Made by a program: the position numbers and the translations under genes. The notes beneath the pieces are model-generated. The model was not told where the DNA came from and did no database searches. It saw only the letters and a program-made list of their open reading frames with translations. Below, one piece after another: positions 1 through 13,549 of a stretch of 64,000 bases of DNA (the first letter of the stretch is position 1; every line of letters begins with the position of its first letter). Origin of the DNA: Schmidtea polychroa (Eukaryota); the NCBI GenBank assembly GCA_044892525.1, contig CM097888.1, positions 51,398,001 to 51,462,000 of the forward strand, read 5' to 3'.

Positions 1-1388
1 TTGTTAGAGGACATTTATAACAGTTAGAAGGGAAAATCATGTCGATAGAGAATACTATGTTTGTGATCTTGAAAAGACATCGGAAAAGAATACAAAACCT
101 CTTGATGATTATGAAAAAATTGGAAATTTATGAAAACAAGCCTATATTGGTAAGAAATGTTGATGAGATAGTCGGATGTTACCCTTTATTAACTAAATGA
201 AGAAGATTATTCTAAAAGAATCAAAACATGTGATCGGCATAGAATATTTTAATGAAATTATCACATAATCTCACTCCAGTCCAAATGTGAACGTTCATTG
301 GCTGCTTTCATGTGACATGTTATTGGTTCATTTTTTCAATGGCAAAATTTGTTTAAATCTTGTTTCTTAACACAAGCTGACCGCATAATGATCTCAAAAA
401 TAATATTCCAACAGAATGGAGATTATGTTCATGTAAGGATATTTTATAGGATATCCTGTATGATAGAAAAGATCAGAACCAATTATCAAGAGCAAAACTA
501 AGATAATAGCAAAACTTTAACTAATACGAGTGACTTTTGCTTAACTCAAGTACAGAAAGAACTTTTCAAAATATTTCAAAAATTCAGGAAGATATTGAAA
601 ATTTACGTTATTCTATCTATTCAGTATTAAATGCTTTGGAGTGAAAATTATCAGGGCGAACTGTGAGTTTGACAGAACTAATTGAGTGATAAATTTCAAA
701 GTTTGGTTGAATATGCAATATTGAAATGTCTACGATATTTAAGTCAAGTTATTTCATAAGTGTCAATGTTTGTACGTTTCTTAACCAATGATATTCGCAA
801 AGCCGGAATTTAAATCGCAAGAAATTAAGAAAAGACCAAAAAAAAATTGAGAAAAAAACTGCATTGTTTCCAAATTTTTTATTGCAGAATATGTATCATA
901 ATACTGTAACTCTGTGGATTGAGTGTCTAGTAATAAATTGATGTAGTGTGATTTAATTAAATATTCCATCGAAATTTTATACAGAATGAAAACAAATATA
1001 GAAAAACATGTAAATAATTACATTTAATTTCATTCGATATGCATAGGTTATCAATAATAAATAATAATCAATAATGATAAATATTCAATAATAAAATAAA
1101 TAATAGTAAAAATCAATTAAAATTAATGAAATAATGATAACGATAATGATAAATAATAATTAATAATTGAGTGACAAATAATCATTAATAATAAAAATAA
1201 CAATAATTAATCAATATTAATTAATAATTAATAATCAATAATAATAAATAAAGCGAGCGAGCGACCAAATACAGAAAAAATGCAAATTTGTAATTAATCA
1301 GTCAGTAGAATTCTTTTTTCGTTTTTTGATTTTATTTCATGATAAAGGGGATATAGAATTTAATAATTTAATAAAAATGTCAAAGCAC

Positions 1389-1526
1389 CTTGATACTGTT
1401 ATCTCTGAGTCCACTGACGATTTTCTTGTCATCGTATTGCAGGCAATAAACACCTTTACTGGATTCGCTGTGGCATTCGATTTTTTTGAGATTATATTTA
1501 CCACTTAACCAGTTTTTCTGAATCCT
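1389..1526 (-). CDS. BTRC: beta-TrCP exon 2 (start of WD40 repeat 1); later exons lie beyond position 1
   Basis: [46 protein letters not shown] matches the beta-TrCP WD1 region. Acceptor TTTCCAG| at 1527/1526 and donor AAG|GTGCTT at 1389/1388. Phase-0 join to the 8314 exon gives [15 protein letters not shown], colinear with YPKIIQDIETIESNW. Intron is 1527-8313. Confidence 0.9.
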
Positions 1527-2199
1527 CTGGAAATCAAAAAATGTCGATAAAGCCTTTTTGTATGGAAAATGAGAAATAAACAAAATAAAAAAGATAAAAT
1601 GCACATGGAAATTTGTTTTTGTCCATGTTTATATAAATGCAGCGACCTGACAGAAAACTTAGCTCAATCAATTAGTGAGCGTGGGAAAAGGTTCAACTAT
1701 TCATTTTGAGAAATGCGCTGGATATTGAAACTAAATGTTATCGGTTAAGGCCATTTTACGTTAAACAATCAAGCAAATTGTGTTAATGAAGTGATAGGAG
1801 TAAATGCGCAAGCGATTGAACTGTTCGGGTTGGATGTCAGAATAGGCATTTTAGAGAAAATGAGTCGATTTATATCATAAATTGTTCGTATTTATTTGAA
1901 AGTGTCATTAAAAGGTTTAATACATAGTGGTATATATAAATATAAATATAAACATTCTGGAAAATTTTGGAAAGGCTAGCTAAACTTAAGTAACGATAGG
2001 ACTTTCTAATTTAATTTAATATATGTACTCGTCTGTAAAACTTAAGCGAAAAGAAGGATGTTAGCAAAATGTTTATTTAATAAAGGTAATATTGGAAAGA
2101 AAAATAATTTTATTGCTGTATATTTTAATATAGATTATTAGGTGATTTTCTAGTTCCAATTAAAAAGATGTGCTTCGAGGTCCAATGTTCTTCGTTAAA

Positions 2200-3352
2200 C
2201 ATTCAAAATGTTATAGGCATATAATTGATAAATTTAAAGATTTATAATGAATTTATTAATCAATATTAATAATTATTAATAATTACTAATTAATCAATAT
2301 TAAAATCAAAATTAATATTATAATCCAATAAATTGAATATTAATTGATATTGACAAATATTATATGATCAAAAATGGAAGAAACTCTAACGGTTACAGAA
2401 AATGGCGAAGAAGGTGAATACAATGTGTATATCATTAAAGGGTTAATACATAGTAGTATGTATATATAAAGTACTTACATATTATTATATATGACCTGAA
2501 AGTAACTTGACATTTTGACCTATATGTGACGGGGAAAAATCTATACACTAGGGTAAATTATGTGATGAATCTTACTATAAGTATCGACAATGAAACTTAA
2601 TTTCTATTTTGGGTGTCGAGGATGTGTAGTGTTTTTTATTATTATCAAATTTTTATTTAAATATTAAATATAATGGTGATAGGAAGTACCGTTGTAAGCA
2701 GTACCGTTTCGAGTGGAAATTTTAGATTATAAGGGCAATGATTTGGACACTGAATGACGTAATTCAAAATTGGCATTCTCTAAAAAATGGTTGAAAATTT
2801 AACATATTGTGAAAATCTAACTGAGATATACGCTGTATAATTCAACAAATAATGGCATTCACCAAATACCAGGTCAACCTACACTTTCGCACGCTGATTC
2901 TGCCAAAAATAGTTTCAGAACTACTAATTCAAATTAAGAAATATCTGAAAATTACCATGCTGTAGAATAACTATAAAAGTGTTTAAGCTCAGTTAAAGAA
3001 TTATAAGGTGAATAGACAAAAGATTTTTCTATAACAGTCAGAAATAAGCAACCAAAAAAACTAAAATGATTTTCTAATTCTAATTATAAAGATTTGCTCC
3101 TAGGTCCATTCAAAACGTTGAATAGATATATAATTGATAAATTTAAAGATTTATAATGAATTTAATAATCAATATTAATAATTACTTAAATAAACTCGGT
3201 AAAGATTTTATTAATAAAAAATAATTAATAATTACTAATTAATCAATATTAAAATCCAAATTAATATTATAAACCAATAAATTGAATAATAATTGATATT
3301 TACAAATGTTATATATCAAAAATGGAAAACTGTAGTGGTTACAGAAGATGGC
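2200..3352 (+). repeat. Dispersed direct duplication (~200-250 bp; copies ~2200-2410 and ~3108-3352) inside the beta-TrCP intron
   Basis: Both copies share ATAATTGATAAATTTAAAGATTTATAATGAATTTA...AAAATGGAA...GGTTACAGAA, with indels. Confidence 0.75.
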
Positions 3353-3799
3353 ATTATTTAATAGATAATTTCAGATCCTTATTTATCGGCCAAAGGGGAT
3401 CTATGATGATATTTGTAATCAGTAAATGCATTTAGTCAGAAGAACTTTTATTGGTCTAGAACACAAAAGGTTAAGTGATTGATATATTAATATTGTCGTT
3501 CTCAGTGTCAAACTATACAAATTTAGAACAAAGAAGAGAATGCAATGTGAACAAGAATGTTTGCCTCAATGTGCATAGATTTTATAAATATGATTTTTAT
3601 TTTGAGTATTCAAAGTTTTTAGCACAATTATATCAATAAATATTTGTTAAGTGAATATAATAAACAATGTAATATTTATCTATGTTTATTATATAAATAA
3701 TTGCTACGCCAGATTAGCTAATGTAATTATTAAATACATAAAAATCATCATTTATTCAATATTTAAGAACGTGTAAAATATGAGTGCATTTTTATTATT

Positions 3800-4805
3800 T
3801 TTTTTCACTTTTTAACCAATCAAAATATATTTTATATCTTAAATAAATTTTATTGGTTGATTATTGAATTTTAAAGTAAAATAGTGTTTTGAGTGTTTTT
3901 CGAGGAAAGAAGTTTCCAAAGCTGATATTAAAGAGGAATTTTCGGTTTTTGGAGTTCTAGTTCATATTTAGTTGCTGTTTCAAAGTTTGATATATTACAG
4001 TGTCAAATTATATGGATTTAGAACGAAGGGTAGAAGCTATATATAGAAGAATGTTTCCCTCAATTTGCATAGATTTTAGAATGTTTTTTAAGAATTCGAG
4101 GAATTTTTGTTTTTGGGGTTCTAGTTCATATTTAACTTCGGTTTCAACATTTTTTATGAATATTCATCTAGTCTCAGGGGAATAATAATTAATGTTGAGG
4201 GCTTTCCTACGATAGTCCATAAATAAGAGGCTCATTTGAAAAGTTTGCAAACGTGCAAAATTTAAGTTCATTTTAATTTTTTTTCAACCAATCAAAATAT
4301 ATTTTATAACTTAAATTAATCTTACTGGTTGATTATTGAATTTAAAAGCATATCAAAATAAAATAGTGTTTTGAGTGTTTTTCGAGGAAAGTTTCCAAAG
4401 CTAATATTTTTAAGGAATTTTCGGTTTTTGGAGTTCTAGTTCATATTTAGTTCTTGTTTCAACAATTTTTAATGAATATTTTAATAAAGATGTTGTGATA
4501 AGTTGTCTATATAAGATCTGAAAAAAAAGCTTACATCGTTTGGTGATTTTCAAGTTATTAGAAATTTCTCGGGAAACAATTTGATATATTACAGTGTCAA
4601 ATTATATGGATTTAGAACGATGGGTAGAAGCTATATATAGAGAAGAATGTTTCCCTCAATTTGCAGATTTTTATAAGAAGTTTCGAGGAGTTTTATGTTT
4701 TTGGAATTCTAGTTCATATTTAACTTCGGTTTCAACATTTTTTATATTTATCTAGTCTCAGGGGAATAATAATTAATTGTGAATGATTTCCTATGATATT
4801 CCATT
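3800..4805 (+). repeat. Tandem duplication of a ~420-bp unit; second copy has a ~120-bp insertion; partial older copy at ~3490-3600
   Basis: Repeated blocks CCAATCAAAATATATTTT, GTGTTTTGAGTGTTTTTCGAGGAAAG, CAGTGTCAAATTATATGGATTTAGAACGA and CTAGTCTCAGGGGAATAATAATT at ~3800-4220 and ~4280-4805. Confidence 0.85.
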
Positions 4806-4829
4806 AAAGTAATATCTTATTATCCTATT

Positions 4830-5240
4830 ATTCGTCCTATTATTCATTTTTCACCAATTGGAAGAGGAATCACGCATAATTTGGTTCTAAATCCTAATCC
4901 GATTAAATGCCAAATTATGTTCATTTTAGTCATCCACGTGTACTTTTTTATCTTTTTTTTCAGTTTGGTACAATTTTTCTTTGTCCTTATTGTTTGGATT
5001 TATATTAATTGATCACTCTTTGACAATTTTAATTGCTACTATAAAAATATATTTGATTGGTAAATGTTCTGTGATAGTGTGACTTGATTTTATTATTATT
5101 TGAGCATTATTGTTGGAGGAGTAGCCATGTGTACAAAAACCTTCATACCATTCAACGTATGCATCTAACCATTCTCTTCTAAAATATGCTGTTTTATTCA
5201 TGTTTTATGCGTATTTTGGATCTTGTTCGACTTCACTTTG
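4830..5240 (-). pseudogene. Degenerate Mutator-like (MULE/SWIM) transposase fragment
   Basis: YFRREWLDAYVEWYEG...SSNNN...IKSSHT, and downstream LIGLGFRTKLCVIP..LPIGEK, resemble the WYEG..STNN and SWIM/PIGEK motifs of metazoan MULE-type transposases. Frame is broken. Confidence 0.55.
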
Positions 5241-6914
5241 ACTATTATATTTTATATTTTTCTTCAGTATAAATACTCACATGAAAATTTATATTGTACA
5301 AACGAACTTGTAGTTGTTATTAAATAACTTAATGTTCATTTATTTACGACTGAAAGAAATGGTTTGTGTTTGTACGAGCTTAAAAGATTACAAATGTAAG
5401 ACAGTCTTAAAAGTGCCACCAATTAAAGACATCTTAAACAACTAAAATTTAAATTGACAAATAGATAATAATTAAATTACAACTTATGGATAACTAAATA
5501 ATTTTATTTTCGATTTATAATAAATTGATTAATTTAAAATTATATATTTCATTTATTTCATTTTGACAAAAAATTAAAAATTTAATTCAATGATTAGAAT
5601 TAGATTTTTATCTTTAGTCAAGATGAAAATAAATGAAATATTGTTGATGTATTCGTGAAATAAATAGCGGAAAGTTTTGCAAGTCAATATTTTTCGAAAA
5701 ACAGAAGGGATATAGACAGACACGATCAAAGATAGGAAAGCTGCTGCGATTTTATTTGTGGTTGTGCTAAGAAAAGTGTAGAATTCTCTGTTTGTTTCTT
5801 GAATGATCCTAGCAATAGACAGATGTAAATGCCGCTGAACTAAGATGAATTATACCCGTCCCTTTCACCCCTGGCGATAGTTTATAATGAGATATTTTTT
5901 GTAATTTATAATATTGGTAGTGTTGAAAAGAAGGATTTTTGTACGAGGGTTTGATAATTTTGGAAATTTGTTTCGGCAAAAAGATGAATATTGTCGACAA
6001 GTGCATTTTTTCTGAAGACGACTTTTTCATGACTTTTTGAGGTGGGTAAAATTATTTTAAATTTTTCTTTGGGAAAAATTTGGTTTAGAAGATTGAGATT
6101 TTTGAAAATCTATTTTTAAGATCTTCCTGAACGCGATTTTTCAATGATGATTGATAGTAGGATGATTTCAGGGGTATTTGTGTGTTATTTAAATAAAGAT
6201 AATTTTGGCGCGCGATTCAATGGATATTTAGAAAAATCAATACAAACAGTTCGATTTTCGATGATTTATAGTTGTGTTTTCAAGGATTTTTGTGTTTTGT
6301 ATGTGCACGTATGAAAACAAAATTTTAATGTTTCAACAATTTTTCAATTTATGAAGGAAATCAAAAATTTCCGAAAATGATTTTCCCAGTGATCTAATTC
6401 GATAGTTATCGAATTACTTTTGGTTGTTTGAGATAGAATTAAATTCTCTACAAAACGACAATTTTAGTCAAAAAATCTCAATAATTTATCTAGCTACTAA
6501 GCCTAAATCATAAAAATCAAATTTCATATTAAAATTCCCTATTATAATTGCATATTTAAATCGTTATTATAATTTATTGATTGATTTATATTTTTAATTA
6601 ATAAATAGATAGATTAAAGATTATGGAAATTAGAATATATTTAGATAAACTAATACAAATGAATCAGTCGTATTGAGACAGATCAAATCGAGTCCTGGTA
6701 GTATTGATCAATAAAATGAACCCGATTCTCTCTCTGTGTCCCCCTACTCACCAAAATATGCCCAATTCAAGTTATTCGCTTGTATCGGGCCAAATTATTG
6801 AAAATCATGTAAAATTAGCTCCGGAACGCTACAGGACATCTTGGATCCCCTTTGGTTAGAAACTTAGTTATTTACGATATTTTAAATGAAATTAACAGAA
6901 TTTAATGAGTTTTT

Positions 6915-8160
6915 GTTATATATCGATTTGTAATGTCAAAGCGGGAGAATTCAGCCAATAAACGGGAGTTCCCCCTAAAATCGATTATTGGCTAATATTA
7001 TAAGTCAAATAGCTTAGAATCAAATAATTTACGTTATCTAATAATAAAGCGGTCAAATTATTAAATTCCCAATCAGAATTAATAAAATTTGGATCAAAAT
7101 GAAAAGGTGAACTCTTGAGACCCCTTTTAACAATTAATGCTTATTTGTGATCCCGAATGGAAATAAACTAATGCTCATTTGATGATATTTTTGTTACAAT
7201 TTTTGTTATAACTCAATTTTAATATCAAAACGGGAGAATTCGGCCAATAAACGAATGCCCACCCCAAAATCGATTATTGCCTAATGTTATAAGTGAAATA
7301 GCTTTATTATCAAATATTTTACGTTCTCTGTTCATATAACGACCAAATTATTAAATTTCCAATTAGAATTAATAAAATTTGCATCAAAATGAGAAGGGGG
7401 AACACGGGTCTTTTAGGACCCCCCTCTAACAATTATTGCTTATTTGCGATCGCGAATGGATAGAAACTAATTATTAGGCTCATTTGATATTTTTGTTACA
7501 AATCGATTTTAACGTCAAAACGGGAGAATTCAGCCAATAAACGGATGTCCACCCTAAAATCGATTATTGGCTAATATCATAAATAAAATAGCTTTAGAAT
7601 CAACTATTTTACGTTCAATAATCATATAACGACCAAATTATTAAAAATACTCGTAAATCTTAGTTGGTATAGTGACGGAACGCAAATGGATATCAAGGGC
7701 CCCTATTTTAAGATTCTTTATTTATTTAAATATTTAATGCGAAATAAATAATTAATAGGATGAATTTGATGAAATTTAGTTGTAATTATAATTATAAATC
7801 GATTTGTAATGTTAAAACGGGAGAATTCAGCCAATAAATGGGCGTCCCCCCTAAAATTGATTATTGGCTAGTATTATAAGTTAGAATCAAATATTTTGCG
7901 TTCTCTGTTCATATAACGGCCAGGTTATTAAATTCCCAATTGGAATTAATAAAATTTGCATCAAAATGAGGGGGAACGCTTGGGGCTTTTAGAACCCCCC
8001 TCTAACAATTATTGCTTATTTGAGATCCGGAACGGATAAAAACTAATTTGATGATGCTTTTGTTACAGTTTTTGTTATAAATCGATTTTAACGTCAAAAT
8101 GGGAGAATTCAGCCAATAAAAGGGCGCCCCCTAAAATCGATTATTGGCTAGTATTATAAG
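6915..8160 (+). repeat. ~290-bp tandem repeat array, ~4.3 units
   Basis: GGGAGAATTC(A/G)GCCAATAAA recurs at ~6943, 7232, 7522, 7819 and 8101 (spacing ~282-297). The second half of unit 3 is replaced by unrelated sequence. Confidence 0.9.
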
Positions 8161-8313
8161 TTTATAAACAATATTCAAATCAAAAATATTTTTAATTTAA
8201 ACTAAATTAAAACTTAAAATTACTATAATAATTAATTTGAAGGAAAACTGATTAAAATCATAAAATATTAAATATTTGTATTAGTAATAAATTTAACTAT
8301 TAAACCAATAAAC

Positions 8314-9024
8314 CTTGATGTTTATGATTATATCTGGATACAATCGACGATAATATTCGGGATCCATCAATTCGTATCCGGAAATTATTGAATTTTCATT
8401 CATGTACTCCTCGGGAACACTGGTGCCATTTAAATAGGAATCTGTACCGGAATTCGGTGATCCCGGTGACACAAGCAATCCACTGAGTAAATTGCTGGAA
8501 ACATATATTCCACTTGAGTCTGAACCGCTTTTAAAGATGCGACTGCAGGGATTTTTCGGATGAATGTGTCGACCGGGAATTCGTAACTTTGTAATCCAAC
8601 CACAACGTTCACCAAGGCCACGCCACAGTGGATCAGTGATTACCATGTGTTCGATTAATTTCTTCCAAAGATAACCTTCTCTAATAACTTGTCTCCAGCT
8701 GTGGCTGACTTGGTTTGCAGCGCAAAGGGATTTTGCATCGAGATATGACAGAATCTGTTCAGATACTTGAAATAAACCTTTGGCGGGTAAATCTGTGATG
8801 AAATCCCTTTGAAGCATAGGTTTGAGGTAGGCATCAATTTGCCCGTGTTGATAATGAGACATGTGTTTTAATAATCCTTGGACCAAGTTTATTTGCTGAT
8901 CCTTGGTAAATTTGAGAAAATTTGACTCGATATTTTGCTGATCTTTTTTGAAACTTTCGGAAAAAATTAATTCTTGATTATCACATTCTAAAGCGTCTCC
9001 ACTAGAATTTACAGATGAAAACAT
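8314..9024 (-). CDS. BTRC: beta-TrCP / FBXW1-11 (Slimb/LIN-23-like) F-box/WD40 protein, first visible coding exon (D-domain + F-box)
   Basis: Translation has the D-domain ([22 protein letters not shown]) and F-box ([21 protein letters not shown]) typical of beta-TrCP. The exon ends ATC AAG|GTTTAT at 8314/8313. The ATG is directly preceded by a TTTGTAG acceptor-like site. Confidence 0.93.
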
Positions 9025-9599
9025 CTACAAATAAATAAACACATATCCGAAAATCATAATAATTATAAAATAAAGAATATTAAATCGCATTAGGATATTT
9101 TTATAATGAAATATAATATAAAAATTTATTAATTACTCAAATAAATTATTACTAATTGTTGTGTTTATAAAGTAAGTGTCTAATCAAATTTTTTCCATTG
9201 ATTTTAAACAAATTACTTTCAAATATATTAAATTTTAGTTTTGTTTGATTAAAAATTAAAATTCATTTTATATTATCAGTTTTTCATTAATTTTGTTATA
9301 ACTAATTTGTTTAGTTTTTAATCACAAAATAATTATTATTTTAGTTATAATACGAAATCAAACATTTCTAAATAATTAATTATAATTTGAAATTTTAAAA
9401 CACAGTAATTGTCAAAAGTACTGCATTCACCCATCAACCTTAGCTTTTTAAGGTCAACCATTTGAGATACTTACATGACTCTTCAATCATACGATAAGGT
9501 ATATTTTAAATTGACGATAAACTGAAAGTTTAATAGTTAAAGTGGATAGAGCTGTTCGTCGAGCGGAATTCATGATTGAAAATTTCCCATGTAACTAAT

Positions 9600-11480
9600 G
9601 ATTCCATAACTGTATATGCCAAATTCGTAAAATCGGTGTTTACAATCGTTTTCCTAGGTCAAGTTAGATATTCCTGCATGATCATTTTTAAATTTACGCA
9701 TTTCTGCACTTACTTTACTTGCTTTAACTTTAGATTCATCTACGAATATATCGTCTATGTATGAACTTATGCTATTCTTGATTGATTCATTGCTGTTCAA
9801 TACGTTATTCACAATCTCTGTCATTATCGTTAGCGCGATATTCAATCCAAATCCCATTCTCGTAAGCGCATATCTCTTCCCATTAACCATACAAGATTGA
9901 TATCGCCACATGCTTTTATCCACGTGTTTTTACATATATCATATATGATATATGCATCAGATAAATCTAACATTGCAAATTCTTTACTTAAACATCTCCA
10001 TGATTGTAATTTTTCAGAACAGATATCTGCATTCCCACTATATACATCAATATATTTATTGATACTCCTAAAGTCAAATACTGGACGCACTTTCGCTTTA
10101 TTTAACTGAATTATACCATAAATAGGTACTGATCCGATCGGTTTGCCCATTGTTTTCTCGTCGTAATCAACTAGATAGCTGTTAGATATCCAAGAATTTA
10201 ATATAAGCATCGTCTCCTGATCCTTACTACAATTATCATAAAAGTTTGAATTTCTATTAGGTAGAAATTTCGGCGGCTCTGACTTCCAATCCCATTTGAC
10301 AATCCATTTCTCGTTTTCAAATCTCGCAGAAAAATTTTCCTTCAAAATTTCTGACATACTACTACTAGAGCACGCTACGTGACAAGGTGCTTCTTCACAA
10401 CCGAATATAGCTTCTTTATTCAATCGAACTCCACCAAACCTATTAATAGCATTCACTCCTAAAATTACATCATAATTGGATACTAGTTTCTCGGTATATT
10501 AAACAATCAATATTAAATAACTTATCTCCAACCCATATATCAACTTTACTTCGCTCACCATATATGATTGAACCATCAAGCATCGCTACCGCAGTCATAG
10601 ATTTTCGTGGATTTCCTTTTACTATAGTGGTAGTGCTGCCCGAATCAACTAAACATGCTTTTACATCACCATTTACTTTTAGAAGTTTCACATATTCACA
10701 ATTCTTGGGGCCACCTTTGATCTTTTCCCGACTTGCAAAACCTTGAAATATGTCCCATAATACCGCATTTTGCACATCTGATGTTGCGTCTTTCTGGACA
10801 GTATCTTACCACATGATTAGCACTATTGCATATATAGCATTTTCGATTGGCTTGTCTTCCACTATCTGGTCTTGGTACTACTACTGCAACCGTTTCATTG
10901 TCATAAATTTGATGACTTGCGATTTTCTTTGCTTGAGCAACTAACTCATTCATTGTTGACGCTGTTGACATCTTTAGTTGATTTGACAAATCACTTGGTA
11001 AGCTATTTACAAAAAATCGGATCAGTAGATCACCTGAACATTCCAACAGTGACCTTAATTCATTTACATGGACATCCAAGTTATCACCCATTAATAACTT
11101 TTTCTGTAAAAGTTTCGTAAAAGCTTATTGCTCGCTCATACCGAAGGTTTTCAATAATTCCTTCTTCAGCATACCAAAATCCATTGTCGTGTTGCTTTTC
11201 TTTAACTGTTTGAAAACTGCATAAGATTGCCCTTCAAGTAAAAATGGTATTACATTCATGACATTTTCACATTTTTGGCTTCCAAAATAATTTCGAGTTT
11301 GTCGAACCATTCTTCCACATCTGTATTTTTGCCATCGAATTTTCCAACATTTTCAATTATGATCTTGTTGATTTCCATTGCCCGGATAACTTGTAAGACA
11401 AAACGTTTTTCAAATTCTATTTTTACCACATTTTCATAATATTAAAACAACATTAATTGTTTAATATTACCTTATTACCT
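9600..11480 (-). mobile_element. Degenerate Ty3/gypsy-type LTR retrotransposon (gag-PR-RT, multiple frameshifts)
   Basis: gag start MEINKIIIENVGKFDGKNTDVEEWFDKLE (ATG 11368); two CCHC knuckles (CYICNSANHVVRYC, CAKCGIMGHISRFC); protease CLVDSGS; RT motifs KVRPVFDFRSIN, LDLSDAY, TRMGFGLN and YIDD. A putative LTR end ..TCTTACA|AGTTAT lies at 11392. Confidence 0.85.
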
Positions 11481-11483
11481 CAC

Positions 11484-12450
11484 TCACTTAGTGGAACATG
11501 CAATTGAACAGGCCCTTTTAAAATCAGACCAATTTGAAATTCCAGTAGAGAGAATATTAAGGTTCAAGAAGAGGATGGCAGGGGAAAAACTCAGAGATAC
11601 TGGACTCACTCTGCAAGAAGAAAACAATAGAGCGATGCTGGAGTGTATCGATTGTTTCCATTCTGAACTCCAGACCAGATCAACAGTGATCAAGGAAGTA
11701 GTAGATATGTTTGAGGTTGTTCAAGCCAAGAGTCTTCTATCAGCAACTGAAGATGAGTTGCTGGTGTCAGTTATTAAATTAACCACTTTCTATGATGAAT
11801 TATCCAAAGATGAGCTTTTAATGGAAATACCAAGGCTAAGAAGACATATGAAGGCCATTGTAAAGATATTGATTTACAAAAAGCCAAAGACTGGGCAATA
11901 TTTGATGTTCTGAAATTCATAGCTGAATGGGACTTTCTTGAATCTCTCCCAATACTCTCACTGAGCCTACAACAATTTCTTACGATCTGTCTGTCTGTTG
12001 CTTCATGTGAGAGGAGCTTTTCAAAACTGAAACTCATAAAGAACTATTTACGCTCAACCATGGGACATTCAAGACTTTTAATCTGGCTCTATTATCAATT
12101 GAAAGTGATATGATGATAGATATTGATTTTGATGGTGTGATTGACACGTTTGCAGCCTTGAAGATCAGAAAGGTAAACTTTTAAATAAAATAAAGTTTAA
12201 TGACATTAATGTTAAATAACGATAACTTAACTTTGGTTTACCTGAAGTAGTAAAGTTATATTGTTCAATTTGAATATGTTTTCTTTTTCTGCCCTTATTT
12301 GACTTATTTTACAAAAATTACTATATTCCATTATAATGATTATATATGGTCTAGTACAGGAACACTCGGAAGACCATGGTGATTGAAGTCTAGAGGGCTG
12401 ACACCAAAAGTTTACCGCACTGGGTGATACCAACCCCAGCAACGCCACTG
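11484..12450 (+). mobile_element. 3' remnant of a hAT (ZMYM1-like) transposon with dimerisation domain and right TIR
   Basis: After a frameshift the frame reads LPILSLSLQQFLTICLSVASCERSFSKLKLIKNYLRSTMGHSRLFNLALLSIES. The terminus GGGTGATACCAACCCCAGCAACGCCACTG ends at 12450. Confidence 0.85.
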
Positions 12451-12459
12451 TTTCCATCA

Positions 12460-13549
12460 TCTTTATGCGACACGCTAGACCTCATTTTTGGTGATTAGTT
12501 AACGAAGTTTCCAATCAGAACCGATTTTCCGACATTTTCTTTTTATTAACATTCATGATTATGATACGTCGCCTCACACAATAGTAGTGAAATCATGAAA
12601 CTCTCTGAAATTCAGTTTGGTCAGTGTCATCATGGTATTTATCTCTTGTGATCATCTTCCCAAGACAAAATTTTCATTCTCATACGCTATCAGCGACGAA
12701 CCCGCCTCTGACGGATCCAACCGGCTGGTGCTTAAGACTTTCGAGGACCCCACCAGGAGAAATACACGAGGCATCTAACCATCGGGAACCCTCTGAACTT
12801 CCTTGGACATAAAAGGAAAATCTTTAAAATAAAATCCTGACTATCAAATAAATATGATAGTTATCACATATTACAAATATAAATTGTTGTGAGAAAAAGA
12901 GGTTTATCCTTTTCAAATTTTTAATATTTAGATATAATATACATGATTAGAAATAACATGACATAAATCAAAAAAGTTTACCAATTGAATTCTCAATGTT
13001 TCCCAAACGAAATATGAATTAATAATCAAAACAGACTTCGGACTAGAAGGTTGCTAAATAGTTGGAAGTTCTATAAAGATTAAAAAATGGCATTATTGAA
13101 ATTTCTTTAAGTAATTCTTACCTATAAAGATTAAAAATTGACATTAGAAATGTAATTGAGATGGCCTTATTTATAGTATTTCCACGACTGCTTCGTTCAA
13201 TTGGAATTAAGCAGGTGTGTATTTTGGTGAATTTCTATTTTATTTTCAAATTTAGCTTTATTTTCTGTGTTTTCTTATTTTTTATTTTTTTATTTAATTA
13301 ATTTCGTTTTGATCTGCTTTATTATATTTTACCTTGGTTAGATAATGGTTACCTTGGTGTCTTTTCTTAATTTATTTATTAATTTTTACTTTTAGTTATC
13401 ATACTTATTTATTTAAATCATTTATTTTTTATATATTGTTAAACCATTTTAAATTACATTTTCTAATGCGAAAATACTTATCTACGAAAATTTAGAATCT
13501 GTACTCGATAAAAAGAAAATGAAAAGAAATTTCTAATTCTTGCCCAACA
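12460..13549 (-). mobile_element. Truncated third copy (C) of the giant TG..CA solo-LTR-like family
   Basis: Starts TGTTGGGC at 13549. A-rich tract, CCAAT (13200-13204), TATAAATA (13168-13175) and a duplicated 24-nt mini-exon with a GTAAG donor follow, as in elements A and B. Left part is cut at the hAT end (12450). Confidence 0.65.

Noticed and set aside
6915-8160. CRISPR-like periodicity
   Set aside because: Eukaryotic context, whole ~290-bp units are homologous, and there are no unique spacers or cas genes.
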